64,000 nucleotides of DNA from Halobacteriales archaeon (lineage in GTDB: Archaea > Halobacteriota > Halobacteria > Halobacteriales > SKNY01), in assembly GCA_007118975.1 (NCBI GenBank), contig SKQO01000003.1:12509-76508 (forward strand), written 5' to 3'. Below the pieces are notes generated by a model. That model ran no database searches. It saw nothing but the letters and a program-made list of their open reading frames with translations, and was not told the DNA's origin. The position numbers and the translations under genes were made by a program. Below are positions 18,939 through 28,623 of the stretch, piece by piece (within the stretch, counting starts at the first letter, position 1; each line of letters starts with the position of its first letter).

Positions 18939-21716
18939 ATGACTGACGGCCATCGCCGAACTTCTCGAGATAAAGAAGCGGGCGCCAGGCATGACGGCGT
19001 CAGCCGAACGACCCAGTCCGCTACCGGTCGCTCCCTGAAAGCGCAACTGCAGCGGGGACTCGGGAACCAGGCGGTGCGGGAACTCGACCTTCAAGAGGCG
19101 GGCTCGCCCGTGGTTAGTCACCCATCTGATCGGTCCGAACAGGAGGCAGCCCGTATCGCAACGGAGCTGTCGAGCAGACCTGACGCTTCCACTGGGAGCG
19201 CCCACCATTCAACATTCGATACCGATGAACGGAGCACACCTCCGGGGTCGACGGAGGGACCGTCGCTGCCGGCGGATCTCACCCGAGCTGTCGAGGGACG
19301 GTTCAACGACGACCTCTCCGACGTACGAATTCATACCGATTCGTCGGCGAACGACGTCGCGGAATCGATCGATGCCGAAGCATTCACCGTCGGCAATCAC
19401 ATCGGATTTGCATCGGGGGCATTTCGCCCGGATTCACGGACGGGACGGAGAGTGCTGTCCCACGAACTCGCCCACGTGCTCCAGCACCGGGGCCACGCCG
19501 GAATGAAAACACCAACCGGTATGGTCCACCGGCAAGCACGCGGCACCTCGCGTGAGACAACCGAAAACCCGCGGCCGACAGCGGAAGCCGCCGAAGAGCG
19601 TCCCTCGCCAGCACCACAGCCAGTTTCGGGCGTCTGGATCGGCAATGAAAACGATTTCACCACGCATCGGATCTACGAACTCCACGAGCCCCACGGATAC
19701 CAAGTAGACCTCCCGGAGCGACGCATCTCGATTACCGTCGAGACCGAGAGAGTCCCCTGGGTCGCGCTCGAGGAACAGATAGCGGAGATGTGGGGATATA
19801 CAATCGTGCGGGGGCCGATCCAGCTCGCGGAGTTTCATCTGTCGAACGAGCAGGTACAGGTCGAGACCGCACATTCGATTCTCGACCTGGAAACCGGCGC
19901 CTTGGTGGCCGACGTCCGCGCCTGGGCCCTCGAGGATCGATATCCCGAGTTCGAGCGGTTCAGCGAACGATATCTCATTCCAGCAACGAGCGCGGATACG
20001 GGTGTCCCCAGTGGTTCTTACCGCAACATCGGCGAGCTCGAAGAACGGCTGTCCCTGCGGTACGCGCTCGTGCGGACTGATACTCCGACTCTCGAGGGAG
20101 AAGTCTTCGATCGGTCCGTTGCGCTCGAATCGACCGACTACGCTGGCCTGGACGCGCACGGGAATCGATATGAGGTATGGCAGAACGGCGATGGATCCTA
20201 CCTCATCTACCAGTTTTCGGACGACCTACCGGGCGAGCATCTCCAGTCACATGTCCGCGGCTCGATCCCGGCCCTTGCGAGTGCCGTTTCGGAAAGCGGA
20301 CTGCAAGTGGTCAAGCAGAACCCGGTGGGACAGCCGACCGCCATGTATGTGAGAGGTGGGGAAGTCGCACACGAAGTTCGCGAGGTCGATGGTGGGCTGG
20401 AAGTCGATCTCTCCGAGGAAGGGCATGACACCATCCGCACCGGAGCGCCCGACATCGACGCCCTCGGCTTCAGCCTCCCGGACGGGTATCTAGTCCATGA
20501 CATCGTGAGTGGCAGGTACAGTCGATCGAAATACGGGGGATTGGCCGGAACACTTGGGCCGGACCGATTCGAAGAATCGGAGGCGCCGGCCCTCGAAGCG
20601 GTCGAGGTCGTCACTCACACCGGCGACAGCGAGGAAAAATCCGCCGTCGAGGCGACAGACATCCGCGAACAATGGCTCCACGCGATCGAGACCGCGGAAT
20701 CGGTGCTCGACAACACGTGGGAACAGTACTCCAACTACCGCACACAGTATAATGATTCGCGGGTTATGGCGACCACCGCGGGGGTCGTCGAGTTCTTCAG
20801 CCGTGCATCGTTCGACCCGACCGAGTACTACCAGGCGAGGACGCACTTCAACAACGCACGATCCGCCATCGTCACGCATCCGATCAACGTCGAAGAGGCA
20901 GCGCATGAACTCCACGCGGGCGAGAGCATGATTGCCGACGTCCAGCGCGAATACGCCGAGTTCATGCAGCAAAATATCGATACCGGTGAAGCGATAGTCG
21001 ACCACCTGGAAGACATCGAAGATGCCTCACAGTCGGTTATCGAAACGATCGCCAAGGCCAAGTACGGTACGTACGGCGGGATCGTCATCGGGGCCGTTTA
21101 CCAACACATGGGGCAGGATGCCGCCCGCCAGTTAACGGAAGGGCATCTGGCGAATCTCGATAACGAGCAGCGGCAAACTGCGTGGGCGGAGGTCGACTGG
21201 AGTGAGAATGTAGGGGGCGTCGTCCGAACGAGCATCCAGGGGATTCTGACGGACCTGATCAACAGTGGGATCGGAACCGGGATCGATCGGTTCGACGGTG
21301 CCGATGAGAGCACATTGGCCACGGTCGTCGAAGAGTACCTCAAAAACCTCACCGGAGAGATTGCAAGCGAGGCGGCCGAGGCGGTCGAGGGTATCGATCC
21401 CCGATCCGAGGGGTTTGAAACGTTCCTCGCGGCCCTGATCGATGGTGCAATCGCTGGGCTTGCTGAGGCTGCATCGCTCGATACCTTCGTCGATACGTTT
21501 TTCGACGTCGTGAGCGAGGAACTCGATAAACCCGGGTGGGTCACCTACGAGCGGATGGGCTGGGGAGAAGAAGTGCAGTTCGGGTCGGCCGATGACCTCA
21601 AACTCGATGACGATATTGAGCTCGACGGCGAGATTATCGAGCTGATTTCGACGCTGGAGGACCTGTTCGGGACCGTGATCGACGACGCCATCGAGAAGAT
21701 CGAAGAGCGCCGCTGA
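18939..21716 (+). CDS. DUF4157 (eCIS core) domain protein with long unknown C-terminus; candidate cargo/effector
   Basis: LQRGLGNQAV; DLSDVRIHTD..AEAFTVGNHI..LSHELAHVLQ (HExxH); inverted inside the CIS cluster. Confidence 0.85.
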   Translation: MTDGHRRTSRDKEAGARHDGVSRTTQSATGRSLKAQLQRGLGNQAVRELDLQEAGSPVVSHPSDRSEQEAARIATELSSRPDASTGSAHHSTFDTDERSTPPGSTEGPSLPADLTRAVEGRFNDDLSDVRIHTDSSANDVAESIDAEAFTVGNHIGFASGAFRPDSRTGRRVLSHELAHVLQHRGHAGMKTPTGMVHRQARGTSRETTENPRPTAEAAEERPSPAPQPVSGVWIGNENDFTTHRIYELHEPHGYQVDLPERRISITVETERVPWVALEEQIAEMWGYTIVRGPIQLAEFHLSNEQVQVETAHSILDLETGALVADVRAWALEDRYPEFERFSERYLIPATSADTGVPSGSYRNIGELEERLSLRYALVRTDTPTLEGEVFDRSVALESTDYAGLDAHGNRYEVWQNGDGSYLIYQFSDDLPGEHLQSHVRGSIPALASAVSESGLQVVKQNPVGQPTAMYVRGGEVAHEVREVDGGLEVDLSEEGHDTIRTGAPDIDALGFSLPDGYLVHDIVSGRYSRSKYGGLAGTLGPDRFEESEAPALEAVEVVTHTGDSEEKSAVEATDIREQWLHAIETAESVLDNTWEQYSNYRTQYNDSRVMATTAGVVEFFSRASFDPTEYYQARTHFNNARSAIVTHPINVEEAAHELHAGESMIADVQREYAEFMQQNIDTGEAIVDHLEDIEDASQSVIETIAKAKYGTYGGIVIGAVYQHMGQDAARQLTEGHLANLDNEQRQTAWAEVDWSENVGGVVRTSIQGILTDLINSGIGTGIDRFDGADESTLATVVEEYLKNLTGEIASEAAEAVEGIDPRSEGFETFLAALIDGAIAGLAEAASLDTFVDTFFDVVSEELDKPGWVTYERMGWGEEVQFGSADDLKLDDDIELDGEIIELISTLEDLFGTVIDDAIEKIEERR

Positions 21717-21750
21717 CGGGAGTGCATCGTCGGGATGCATCCTCGTAGCC

Positions 21751-23946
21751 TCACTCGAAGGCGGTTCGATACTCGCCAAACGTCTCGAAATCGTGGAGCT
21801 TCCCGATCTTTTGAAACTCGCGGCGCAAGGCCCTGACCAGATGGTCCATCGTTACAGTGCCTGTATCGGCCCCCATCAACGAGGCCGTCAGGGCGACGTT
21901 CTTGATCGACCCCCCGGCCAGTTCGAAGGTGGCGAGATACTCGTAGTCTAGCTCCGCAACTGGTGTATCCGCCGGAAAGATTCCCTTCCAGATCTCCCGT
22001 CGTGCGGTCTCGTCGGGCATCGGGAAATCGACGGTCGCATTGATCCGTCGCTTGAACGCGTCGTCGATGTTGTCCTGGAGGTTCGTCGCCATGATGACGC
22101 ACCCGTCGTGGTCTTCCATCCGCTGGAGCAGGTAATCCACCTCGACGTTGGCGTACCGGTCCCGTGAATCGCCGATGTCGGTTCGTTCACCGAAGAGGGC
22201 GTCCGCCTCGTCGAAAAACAGAATGGCATTGCTGTGCTCGGCCTGGTCGAACACTCGTCCGAGGTTCTTCTCCGTTTCCCCGATGTACTTGCTGAGGATC
22301 GAGGATAGATCGAGTTTGTAAAGCGAAAGACCCACGTCGGCGGCGATTACCTCAGCTGCCATCGTCTTCCCCGTTCCAGGCGGACCAGTGAACAGGAGAT
22401 TGATGCCATTCCCCAGACTGAACTTCTCTTCGAACCCCCATTGCTCGTAGACCGTCCCCCGGTGTCTGATCCCAGCGGCGACTTCCTGCAAATGCGCCAG
22501 CGTGTCCGGCGGTAGCACGATGTCGTTCCAGTCGTACGCCGGCTCGAGCCGTTGTGCGCACCGATCCAGTGCTGATTCACTATGCATCCGACACGCTTGT
22601 TCAAAATCGGCCCTCGAGGGTGCGCCCTCGGCGATTGTCGCTGCCGTTGCAACGGCGTCCTCGATCTCGCCGCGTGTGAGGCGAAACAGTCCCGCCAGCG
22701 TCTCGAGATCAATACTGTCAGGCACCCCGCCGATATCCTTCCAGATCGCTCGTCGTTGTTCGTAGCCGGGGCGCTCGAAAGGAATTCGAGTAAGGCGATG
22801 GCGATCCAAGATCGATTGCTGTGTGGCGGACATGAGTACGTCACCGGAGACGAACACGTGACACGGGATCTCGGCGAGTTCCGAAACTACATCCTCGAAC
22901 GAGGGAACCTGCCGATCCACTCGTGTTTCGTGCTCGACCTCAGCCTGTTCGTCTCGTTCCTGTGCTTCGAGCGCCGATACCCCGTAGAGATGGAGTGGCG
23001 CACCACGGAGCCGTGCATCTCGGGCGAGTGCACCCACCTTCGTTTCGACCGGCTCATCGAGAAGTTCGTCCGCATCTATTCGGTAGAGCGGCACGTCCAC
23101 GCGGCCGGCGACCGCCTCGATTGCGAGGCAGGCTCTGCGCACGTCCGGGCCCGTACAGGCTACAAATTCGAAGCGGTCGGGCGAACGTGGTGGCTTGTTT
23201 GTCCCAGCGAGCTGGTTTGAAATCGAGCGAAGCTGTGATCGGTGAGTCCCGATCCCTGCAACGTCGTCGAGATCGGTTGTTGGGCGCACGAAAGTACCTT
23301 CGGTCTCCAGCTCCCCTGTTGCATCGTCACCCTCCAACAAATACGAAACGACGGCTGAGGGGATTCGAGCCTCGCGCCCGGGACGGGTGGACCCACCTTC
23401 GAGACGAACCAGTAGTTCTCTCCGAAGGGTGCCGCGTGGTGCAAACAATCCCGTGAGCGAGAGCGGATCGGTCGTTCCCGCCGCCAGCACCCGTCGGAGC
23501 AGTTCCTCGGTGGGTCGTACCCGCGTGATGTCATCGCGGAGGTACCCGAAAATCTTCTCGTACTTTCGGTCGAGGTCGGGTAGCAACGCCAGCAGGAACG
23601 CGTCTCGTTCGAGGGGCGTTAATCCAAACTCGTCGGCGACCCTGACGAGACGGAGATCGACACCCTCGGCAGCACTCTTCCGTTCTTTTCGTCGCACGTG
23701 ATCGGTCAAGCGATCGAGTTCCGGCGAACGCGTGGCCGACCCGGACGAGCGTTCGGTTTCGGGGTCAAGTAGTCGAGCCACTTCTTCGTCGGAAACAAAA
23801 TAGCCGCCCATCCCCTGTTCACGATCGACACCGTCGCTCCAGCAATCCTCGACGTGGCGACGGAGCAACAGCTCGGCCCGGCCACACTCCGCTCGCAGGT
23901 GTTCCAGATTGCTCTCGTATGCTTCTACCGCCTGTTCGCGTGCCAT
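21751..23946 (-). CDS. CIS AAA+ ATPase (Afp15/Pvc15-like)
   Basis: Walker A GPPGTGKT, SKYIGETEKNL, Walker B LFFDEAD, DRYANVE. Confidence 0.93.
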   Translation of the reverse strand: MAREQAVEAYESNLEHLRAECGRAELLLRRHVEDCWSDGVDREQGMGGYFVSDEEVARLLDPETERSSGSATRSPELDRLTDHVRRKERKSAAEGVDLRLVRVADEFGLTPLERDAFLLALLPDLDRKYEKIFGYLRDDITRVRPTEELLRRVLAAGTTDPLSLTGLFAPRGTLRRELLVRLEGGSTRPGREARIPSAVVSYLLEGDDATGELETEGTFVRPTTDLDDVAGIGTHRSQLRSISNQLAGTNKPPRSPDRFEFVACTGPDVRRACLAIEAVAGRVDVPLYRIDADELLDEPVETKVGALARDARLRGAPLHLYGVSALEAQERDEQAEVEHETRVDRQVPSFEDVVSELAEIPCHVFVSGDVLMSATQQSILDRHRLTRIPFERPGYEQRRAIWKDIGGVPDSIDLETLAGLFRLTRGEIEDAVATAATIAEGAPSRADFEQACRMHSESALDRCAQRLEPAYDWNDIVLPPDTLAHLQEVAAGIRHRGTVYEQWGFEEKFSLGNGINLLFTGPPGTGKTMAAEVIAADVGLSLYKLDLSSILSKYIGETEKNLGRVFDQAEHSNAILFFDEADALFGERTDIGDSRDRYANVEVDYLLQRMEDHDGCVIMATNLQDNIDDAFKRRINATVDFPMPDETARREIWKGIFPADTPVAELDYEYLATFELAGGSIKNVALTASLMGADTGTVTMDHLVRALRREFQKIGKLHDFETFGEYRTAFE

Positions 23947-24390
23947 TTATCCGACTCCGAACGCCCGGAGGCCCTCGTGTGCAATCTCGAGGGTTTCGAT
24001 CGCGACGTCGCTCCCCTCCGCGGAGAGGTCGGGACCCTCCCAGCGCACGGGATATCCGTTCTGGAACTCCCACCCTCGCACCTCGACGCCGGATTGATCG
24101 AGCAGAATGATACGGCCAGTTCGTCGCTGTGCGGGTCCATGAAGCGACTCGGCGACCCACGTCCACAGCTCGTGTGAATTCGTGAGTCCTTTCTGAAACG
24201 TGAGGTTTGGAAAGGTAATTCGCGTCGGCAGCGAGTGGGTGTAGTGGTTGCGCCCGCCCTCCTTGTACTCCTCGGTCTCGACCTCCATCTCGAGACCCTG
24301 TACATCAGAGAAGCCCGCAACGAGCAACGAGTCGAGTTCGACGTGAAACCGGAAATCGAGATACGGGTCGATCCGCTCGCCGGTCGTCAT
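23947..24390 (-). CDS. Tail tube protein (T4 gp19-like), second copy
   Basis: DPYLDFRFHVE..GFS..YKEGG..W.F...P..W.GP.L.A....AIE.LE..HEG. Confidence 0.93.
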   Translation of the reverse strand: MTTGERIDPYLDFRFHVELDSLLVAGFSDVQGLEMEVETEEYKEGGRNHYTHSLPTRITFPNLTFQKGLTNSHELWTWVAESLHGPAQRRTGRIILLDQSGVEVRGWEFQNGYPVRWEGPDLSAEGSDVAIETLEIAHEGLRAFGVG

Positions 24391-24406
24391 TGGTCGAACA
24401 ACCCAC

Positions 24407-24574
24407 TCATGGCTCCGATTCCTCGTTCATCCGTTCGTTGATGGCGCTTATCTCCTCGCACCACCGGCGACGTTCCCAGTGGGGCATCTCGAGAATCGTC
24501 TCGTGCTCCCAGCCGAAGTGGTAGGCCACGAAGGCGACCTCCTCGAACAGTTGGTCGACTGGATAGCCCGTCAT
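24407..24574 (-). CDS. DUF6760-like small CIS protein (55 aa; not in ORF track)
   Basis: Manual translation MTGYPVDQLFEEVAFVAYHFGWEHETILEMPHWERRRWCEEISAINERMNEESEP; ATGA overlap with upstream chaperone stop. Confidence 0.85.
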   Translation of the reverse strand: MTGYPVDQLFEEVAFVAYHFGWEHETILEMPHWERRRWCEEISAINERMNEESEP

Positions 24575-24972
24575 TCCGCCTCCGCGTTTCCCGCGACCAC
24601 CTCGTCCTGACCGTGTACCTCGACTGTGAAGGACTCACCACAGTCCGGACAGGTTGTCTCGATTGCGTCCGCCCCTTGGGTGTTGATGCGCTCATACAGC
24701 CCCTGCAAGTATTCCAGATCGGAGACGAACAGGTTCTCGATGACGTGCGGTGTCACATTGTCGAGTGTGCCGAGGCGCGTCACGACTCGTGCGAGCAGGA
24801 TGACTGTCAGATAGGAACCGTTCGACTGTACCCGTGGATCTTTCAGAGGCTTGATCTCGTCTGCCGCCGTCGCGAGCCGCATCACCCCCTCCCGATGGAG
24901 ATTCCCCTCGTCGTCCGCGTATCCCTGCGGCAGAGTGAACTCGAATTCCGTTTGGAGGACGCCTCCACTCAT
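24571..24972 (-). CDS. Tail assembly chaperone-like CIS protein with C-terminal CxxC
   Basis: EFEFTLPQGY..HREGVMRLATAADE..DLEYLQGLYERIN..CPDCG; follows tube gene. Confidence 0.8.
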   Translation of the reverse strand: MSGGVLQTEFEFTLPQGYADDEGNLHREGVMRLATAADEIKPLKDPRVQSNGSYLTVILLARVVTRLGTLDNVTPHVIENLFVSDLEYLQGLYERINTQGADAIETTCPDCGESFTVEVHGQDEVVAGNAEAE

Positions 24973-25001
24973 GTGGATTCAACCGTCTCGGGCATCGGCG
25001 A

Positions 25002-25442
25002 TCACTCCACCCGGGCCATCCCTTCGTGTTCGATCTCCATGCTCTCGATCGCGACCTCTGCACCTTCGGCGTCGAGGTCCGGCGCGTCGTAGCTCGACGG
25101 CCACGCCTTCCGGAACTCCCAGCGGGCGCCCGGGTTACCTTCCTCGTCGAGGACGATCACCGCGATATCCTGACGAGCGTCGTCGACATTGCCTCGTTCG
25201 ACCTGTTCGCGCCACTCCCAGAGCTCGATGGAATCGTCGGTGACGCCAGACTCGAGCGACAGCGTGCCGAAGTCGTTGAGCCCCCAGAGCTTGCGCATGG
25301 TAGGCCGATCGTTTCCTTCGCGATACTCCACGGGATCCGTCGAGTTCTCCGGCAAGGTACAGCTGCTGAAGCCGGCCTTGACGAGGTCGTCAAACTCGAG
25401 CAGGAATCGCGTATTCCGGTAGGGTCCGTGTCTGTCTGCCAT
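25002..25442 (-). CDS. Major tail tube protein (T4 gp19-like)
   Basis: PYRNTRFLLE..AGFS..EYREG..W.F.KAWP..EHEG; directly after sheath. Confidence 0.94.
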   Translation of the reverse strand: MADRHGPYRNTRFLLEFDDLVKAGFSSCTLPENSTDPVEYREGNDRPTMRKLWGLNDFGTLSLESGVTDDSIELWEWREQVERGNVDDARQDIAVIVLDEEGNPGARWEFRKAWPSSYDAPDLDAEGAEVAIESMEIEHEGMARVE

Positions 25443-25454
25443 GATTTTGCTCCG

Positions 25455-27743
25455 TTAGTCCGCACTCCCCGTCCACTGGGAAATTCTGAAGATGACGAAT
25501 TCGGCCGGTCGAACCGGCGCCACGCCGATCTCACAGATCAGCCGTCCGTTCTCGATGTCGCTCTGGGTCATCGTGCTCCGGTCGCATTTCACGAAGAACG
25601 CCTCGTCCGGGGAGGTCCCCATGAGGGCACCGTCCTCCCAGACGTCCGTGAGGAAGTTTTTAATCGTTTGGCGCACTCTCGCCCAGAGTTGCTCGTTGTT
25701 CGGTTCGAACACCACCCACTGGGTTCCTTCCTCGATCGAGCCGCGGAGGAACAGGAACAGGCGGCGGACGTTGACGTACCGCCAGTTCGGATTGCTGGAG
25801 GCGGTCCTGGCACCCCATACCCGAATTCCCCGACCACGGAAGGCACGGAGGCAGTTCACTCCACGGGGGTTGAGGACCTCCTGTTCGCCCTTGGTGATCG
25901 TCCGTTGTAATCCCTCGATGCCACGAATGACCTCGTTGGCGGGCGCCTTGTGGACGCCGTGATTGGCGTCGCTCCGAGCAAAGATCCCGGCAATGTGGCC
26001 TCCGGGCGGCATCTCCTCGACCATGCCCGTGATCGGATCGATGACCTCGACCCACGGATAGTAGAACGCGCCCATGTCGGTGTCCTCGGGGGGTCTCAGG
26101 TCACCGACGGGGCCGGGGTTTGCCTCCGCCTGGAGGATCGCGAACCGATCGTCCATCGCGTGACAGTGCTCGATCAGCGGATCGGTCACGTCGTGTTCGT
26201 GTTCGTCGGGAATGCAGACGATGGCGAGTTCGTCGAGTTTTTCGAAGCCCGCGAACCCGGTTCGGTCCTCGGGGGGCAGTGTTGCGTCCCCCTCGTAATC
26301 ACCTCGCTCGATCTCGTTGTCTTCGCCGCCGTCGAGCCAGATCGGACCGGCGGCCGGATCGGGACGGCCTTTGCCGGTCTTTTCCAGATCGACCAGAACG
26401 GAGACGTTGTTCACTTGCTGGACGTAGAAGTTGCTCGAGGACTCGTGGGGGGAGAGGTCGTCGAAGACCTCTTCGACGTCGGGCGATGCGACCTCGTCGT
26501 TGTCGGGGTCGGCGTCTCCGGCTTTTGCGTCCGCATAATCATCAGCATCGCGCCAGTATCGAATCTTCAGTTTGAACAGTTCGTTGCGACCGGGCTCGTA
26601 CATCGAGGCGTCCTCGATCACGATCGCGACGTGATCGCCCCACTCGCCCGGGCCAACGGCGTCGACGTCCACTGCCTCGTCGGTCCACCCGCTCAGCTCG
26701 ATGACAATCGGAGCATTGTCGCCGTCGTGGTCGAGAAGGAGGGTCGCTTCCCGTCCTCCAATCGAGTGATTCGGCGAGAACGTCACCCCAACGGTGGTCT
26801 CGGGTTCCACGTCGCCATTCGGGCCAGGTGTATCATCGTCATCATCCTCCTGGCCGAGCGTTATCGTCCCGTCGTCATCGAGATCGTACTGCTGGTGATC
26901 CGGGCCGATAATGATGGAGTCCTCCAGGTTTAGTTCGATGTCCTCGCCGCCTTCGTGCTGGACCACCAGGTCAAGCGTCGCCTCGCCGTCGTCCTCGTCT
27001 GGATCGACCATGCCGAAGTCAAGCCTATCTTTGTCGACGGAGAGAACGTCCGCGTCGGACTCGTCGGCGTTTTCCCCCGTCAGGGTGACAGCAACCGGTT
27101 CGACGTCGCCACCCGGATCAATCACCAATCGCGCCCAGTGTCGCCAGGTGTCGCTCTCGGGCTCGAAGGTAACGTCGAGTTGCTTCCCATCCTCCCCTGG
27201 TTCGATGACTTGTGTCTCGCCATCCCCGGTGTCGTCCTCCCACGCGTACGAAAAACCGGTATCCTCCATCGTGGACTCGACGGTTACATCGTCGTCCAGG
27301 ACAACTTCGATCGGATCGTCGTCAGTATCTCCCGTATGCTTCAAAACGACTGGCTCGGTCGAGTCTTCGTCCCCATCGACGGACCCGAACGCAAGCTCGA
27401 TTCGATCGGCCGTCAGTACCGTCGGGAGCCGATCGTCAAACGGCGTTCCGAGCGGAATCCCCGCACTCGCGGATCGATCTTCCTCAGCCGTGATACGACC
27501 GAGGAAACACCGGCTTCCGCCGTTGGCGAAAAAGCCCTCCACCGCACTGGCCAGGTAGCTATCCGGGAGGTGTTCACCAAAGGTTCGTTCGTAATCGGCA
27601 AAGCTGGTCAGGAGCCGCGGATCCGTCGGCCCACGCTCCGTGGGACCGAGAAATCCCGCCGTACTGGTGCTGACCCCTTCCAGTGGGGCCGCACCACGTT
27701 CCTCCTCTTCGACGTAAACGCCAGGAGCAAGATACTCAGCCAT
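25455..27743 (-). CDS. Contractile tail sheath protein with two inserted Ig-like domains
   Basis: MAEYLAPGVYVEE, FFANGG, GVHKAPAN, VWGART, YVNVRRL, FEPN, PAEFVIFRI. Confidence 0.96.
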   Translation of the reverse strand: MAEYLAPGVYVEEEERGAAPLEGVSTSTAGFLGPTERGPTDPRLLTSFADYERTFGEHLPDSYLASAVEGFFANGGSRCFLGRITAEEDRSASAGIPLGTPFDDRLPTVLTADRIELAFGSVDGDEDSTEPVVLKHTGDTDDDPIEVVLDDDVTVESTMEDTGFSYAWEDDTGDGETQVIEPGEDGKQLDVTFEPESDTWRHWARLVIDPGGDVEPVAVTLTGENADESDADVLSVDKDRLDFGMVDPDEDDGEATLDLVVQHEGGEDIELNLEDSIIIGPDHQQYDLDDDGTITLGQEDDDDDTPGPNGDVEPETTVGVTFSPNHSIGGREATLLLDHDGDNAPIVIELSGWTDEAVDVDAVGPGEWGDHVAIVIEDASMYEPGRNELFKLKIRYWRDADDYADAKAGDADPDNDEVASPDVEEVFDDLSPHESSSNFYVQQVNNVSVLVDLEKTGKGRPDPAAGPIWLDGGEDNEIERGDYEGDATLPPEDRTGFAGFEKLDELAIVCIPDEHEHDVTDPLIEHCHAMDDRFAILQAEANPGPVGDLRPPEDTDMGAFYYPWVEVIDPITGMVEEMPPGGHIAGIFARSDANHGVHKAPANEVIRGIEGLQRTITKGEQEVLNPRGVNCLRAFRGRGIRVWGARTASSNPNWRYVNVRRLFLFLRGSIEEGTQWVVFEPNNEQLWARVRQTIKNFLTDVWEDGALMGTSPDEAFFVKCDRSTMTQSDIENGRLICEIGVAPVRPAEFVIFRISQWTGSAD

Positions 27744-27808
27744 GGTCAACTCCAACGCCTGACCCGCCCTGTTCGTGCTTGACGGACATGGGTAATCACC
27801 ATATCCAA

Positions 27809-27822
27809 CCCTTATGAATGTT
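27809..27822 (-). promoter_or_regulatory. Promoter for sheath/tube arm (AACATTCATAAGGG on minus strand)
   Basis: TATA-like box about 70 bp upstream of sheath ATG; near-identical to 18668-18681. Confidence 0.5.
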
Positions 27823-27918
27823 ACCCTATTGATGGATCAGAACGCAAACTAATGAGAACAATGGCCGGCCGACATGGTGAAAGCGACCCCTTCTCTTCGG
27901 AGATCAACGGGAGGCGCT

Positions 27919-28623
27919 TCACGACGAATTCGGTTCGAGAACGATGTCGGCAACGATAGTCTGGCCTTCCTTAATCACCACCGTGTATGCCGCCTCGAGG
28001 TCCGTGTTAGGTTTGCTTGCGAGGATCGTCGGGTCCGCACTCCCGATTGTCACGAACATGTCCTCGTCCGTGGAAGCGTTGTCGTTCGGCGGTCCGTTTC
28101 CCGGAGTGTCAGACGAGGAGTCACCGCGGTCATCGAGATATGGTTCGACGTTTACGAACGGAAGGACGAATTCGCCGTCGGGACTGCTCCGGGTCTCAGC
28201 GACGACCTCATCGTCGTCGAGGACTTCGAGCACGACATCCCCAATTCGGGGAGTTTCCTCCCCCTCCGCCACGCGAGTACTGCCGCGAACCAGGGTGCTG
28301 TGACTTGGAAATCGGTAAGCCGGTGCAGGTAGTAGTTCGATGTCCGACACCATTTCCTCGGTGTCATCTTCCTCGAGATCGACGACGTCGCACTCGCACG
28401 TCTCCGGCAAGTACGGGCCGTTCGGCTCCACGGCCACCGTGACCGCTGTGATCTCATCCGGTAAGTCCGTGACCACGTAGTAGCCACTCCTCGTTCGGAC
28501 GATACCCTCCGGACGGTCCACAAGTTCAATCGAGAACCCACCAGTTGGTGGGCGGCCGGTCACCGAATCGGTTACTTCGATCACGAGGGCGAGTTTCAGG
28601 CGATCGACCTCCCACTGCACCAT
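27919..28623 (-). CDS. CIS-associated protein with carboxypeptidase-regulatory-like beta-sandwich domains
   Basis: D..TG.P, L.P.P.Y.FP...T.VRG, T..DG.F motifs; coupled to Pvc16-like gene. Confidence 0.65.
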   Translation of the reverse strand: MVQWEVDRLKLALVIEVTDSVTGRPPTGGFSIELVDRPEGIVRTRSGYYVVTDLPDEITAVTVAVEPNGPYLPETCECDVVDLEEDDTEEMVSDIELLPAPAYRFPSHSTLVRGSTRVAEGEETPRIGDVVLEVLDDDEVVAETRSSPDGEFVLPFVNVEPYLDDRGDSSSDTPGNGPPNDNASTDEDMFVTIGSADPTILASKPNTDLEAAYTVVIKEGQTIVADIVLEPNSS

